DNA of 24,000 nucleotides from Geminicoccaceae bacterium (GTDB lineage Bacteria; Pseudomonadota; Alphaproteobacteria; Geminicoccales; Geminicoccaceae): NCBI GenBank assembly GCA_965204405.1, contig CBDBEN010000003.1, positions 487,293 to 511,292 of the forward strand, read 5' to 3'. Shown piece by piece: positions 22,198 to 24,000 of this stretch (position 1 is its first letter; each line of letters starts with the position of its first letter). The notes under the pieces were generated by a model. It saw only the letters and a program-made list of their open reading frames with translations, ran no database searches and was not told where the DNA came from. The position numbers and the translations under genes were made by a program.

Positions 22198-22497
22198 ATG
22201 CCAATCGTATATCTTGATGCTTTTGCTGACGTGCCGCCCATGACCGACGAAGAACGCAGGATTCACCGCATGGCTTACTGCCTTTTCCATTTAGTATGTG
22301 ACGACGAACGGGCATATGAATTGATTGGCTTGACCAAACCACATCAACATTCCGGGCTATGCAGCATAATGGATACCCTACATGGCGCTGCCCTTGAGGA
22401 TGATGTAGAATTTGGCCATGCGACGCATTTGTCTCCAGTTGCTTCACATTGTCGTTGCCCGGACTCCATATCCGGGAGACGAACACGTGCCCGTTGA
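22198..22497 (+). CDS. Hypothetical small acidic protein (uncertain)
   Basis: A 99-aa ATG ORF in a lower-GC stretch. An equally long ORF lies on the opposite strand (22184-22486). No motif was recognised in either. Confidence 0.25.
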   Translation: MPIVYLDAFADVPPMTDEERRIHRMAYCLFHLVCDDERAYELIGLTKPHQHSGLCSIMDTLHGAALEDDVEFGHATHLSPVASHCRCPDSISGRRTRAR

Positions 22498-22648
22498 GTG
22501 ACGATTTGCTGTGTCCCTACGGATGATAAGTGATGTTTTGGCCCTGCAGGGTATTGCATCCCACTGCACGCTTTGCGGGCGGAAATTCGGACGAGTTGCC
22601 AAAACGCAGTAACGTATCTTTCCGCGCTGGCTGCAAAAACATCACAAG

Positions 22649-23760
22649 CTAGAGACGAAGCAGCTGAACCTGCCGAATTTTATTGGCAAGACATACAACC
22701 GTGTCAGGGTCGTGATCATCGCCAACGCTTCGGATGATATATACGCTGGAGCGCGTATGGCCGCTATTGAGTACACCCCGAAACTCTTTGTTGTCGCCAA
22801 GGAAGGTATCGGCTTCGTCCAGTAAAAGCGTCGGCGTGCAAGCCTCGGTCGCCCGATAGACTGCCGCGGGCGTGATGTTGGCCGCTGGTAGCGGACGCGG
22901 GACAAGCTTGCTCAGGATGGCGACCAGCGTTGTCCTGCCGCAGCACTTTTGTGGCGAGGTGATCGCAAGCCGCGGATTGGAGGTCGCCACCGACAGACTA
23001 AAGGCGTGCAGCACCCAAAGCGCCAAGGCTTGCGCCGCGTGCTGCGGCAAGGCGATATAACGCTCGAAGGCGGCAACCAGGGCATCCAAGAGGTCGACAC
23101 CATCGACCGGATTTGGCCATGGCGTGGGATCGTTCAGGACAAACGGTTGCCCTTGGCCGGCAGTTTGCGCCACGTCTGCCGGTCGGCGCTTGCCGACTTC
23201 GCTATCGAGCGTGCCGACTCGAACGCCAAGCCGTTCGGCTTCGCTTGTGCGAATGCGGTCATAGTCCATCGGCGGCAGCATCGCCAACCGATTCAGGGAT
23301 TGCTCGTTCAACTCTTTCGGCAGGCCCGCTGCTTCCAGCATCGCACACACGGCGTCGAGGCCGCGGGCTTCAAGTAGCGTGTTGACATTGGCTTTGCCGC
23401 CGTCCGGGTCCGGCAGATCATCCGGCAAGCAGGCAAGCCGCGGCTCGATCCCGCGCGTTCGCAATTCGGCAGCAATCGTCCGAGCCTTCTCCTGCGCGCC
23501 GCGATCGACCAGGATTGTTACCGACCGTGTGGACGCTGGTACCGCATCCGAACGAATGGTCCACAGCATGCCAGCGAGAGAGCCGAAGGATTGGCGACGG
23601 CCGCCGATAAGGTGGTTTCAGGGCCTTCGCCTAGACAGACATGATCGGCGTCCAGCTTTCCAAGTCGAAGCACTGCACCGGCCGATGATGCGGTAGGCTT
23701 CTTTGCTGCCCCATCATTCAAACCGCCCGCGCGAAAACGGACCTTGATGAGCCCTTCCAA
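22649..23760 (-). pseudogene. Toprim + DUF3631 primase-like protein relic (phage/ICE associated), frameshifted and truncated
   Basis: The upstream frame (23760->23518) carries a toprim-like ...GAVLRLGKLDADHVCLGEGPETTLSA. The downstream frame (23569->22649) carries the rest of the toprim domain and a DUF3631-like core (RLAITSPQKCCGRTTLVAILSKLVPRPLPAANITPAAVYRATEACTPTLLLDEADTFLGDNKEFRGVLNSGHTR). The frame changes near 23520-23570. The N-terminal primase part and the C-terminal third are missing. Confidence 0.7.
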
Positions 23761-23894
23761 GGGGTGAAGACCCTATCAGCGACAAGCCGAGATCCGGCTT
23801 TCGAAGCTAAAAGGTATCGCAGCGACAGTGACAAGAGCGCCTTACGATCCGATAGTCTTAAGCCAGTAAAGCGATCAGATTCTCGGAGAATGCG

Positions 23895-24000
23895 GTGTCA
23901 CTCAAGGTCATAGGCACAGGGTTTGGGCGCACGGGCACGGATTCGATGCGCTTGGCACTGAATACACTAGGGTTTGGTTTGACCCATCATATGCTTGAAG
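23895..24000 (+). CDS. Sulfotransferase-family protein, 5' end only (runs off window)
   Basis: A GTG start sits 5 nt after GGAGA (23885-23889). VSLKVIGTGFGRTGTDSMRLALNTLGFGLTHHMLE matches the N-terminal P-loop-like PAPS-binding start (KVIGAGFGRTGT..L..AL..LGF) of bacterial sulfotransferase-4-type proteins as I recall them. Confidence 0.55.
   Translation, partial: MSLKVIGTGFGRTGTDSMRLALNTLGFGLTHHMLE

Overview
High-GC, rhizobial-type alpha-proteobacterial accessory DNA, most plausibly a symbiosis or accessory plasmid or an island. All family calls come from reading motifs by eye; no BLAST or HMM search was possible.

(1) 1-4504 (+): distal half of a Rhc-type type III secretion operon: sctO-like gene (5' partial), rhcQ, rhcR, rhcS, rhcT, rhcU. 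No sctP-like gene lies between sctO and sctQ. Most junctions are translationally coupled, but the 113-nt rhcR-rhcS gap holds a 27-bp-stem palindrome. RhcU reads DRSS where SctU/FlhB proteins carry the NPTH autocleavage motif.

(2) 4505-9018: the cluster ends at an IS3-family transposase relic. It is followed by a very AT-rich patch, an orphan cupin-motif protein, a PAS-PAS-GGDEF-EAL protein and tRNA-Gly(CCC).

(3) 9.0-12.8 kb: decayed mobile DNA. It holds a frameshifted Zn-ribbon gene, an inverted-repeat-bounded 173-bp element, and two copies of a ~185-bp repeat. An intact IS1182/IS5-type IS (19-bp inverted repeats, TGCC target duplication) is inserted in the second copy.

(4) 12769-19362 (-): six-gene operon of ROK regulator, M20 amidohydrolase, sugar-type ABC binding protein, permease, YhfX-like PLP enzyme and single-domain ATPase. 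It is bracketed by direct copies of the same ~185-bp repeat.

(5) 19.7-24.0 kb: VOC/glyoxalase, GST, an alpha/beta hydrolase, a toprim-DUF3631 primase-like relic, and the 5' end of a sulfotransferase-like gene.

No rRNA genes and no CRISPR array were seen. The most interesting items are the NPTH-less RhcU, the repeat family that brackets the catabolic operon, and the orphan cupin gene in the AT-rich patch next to the T3SS.
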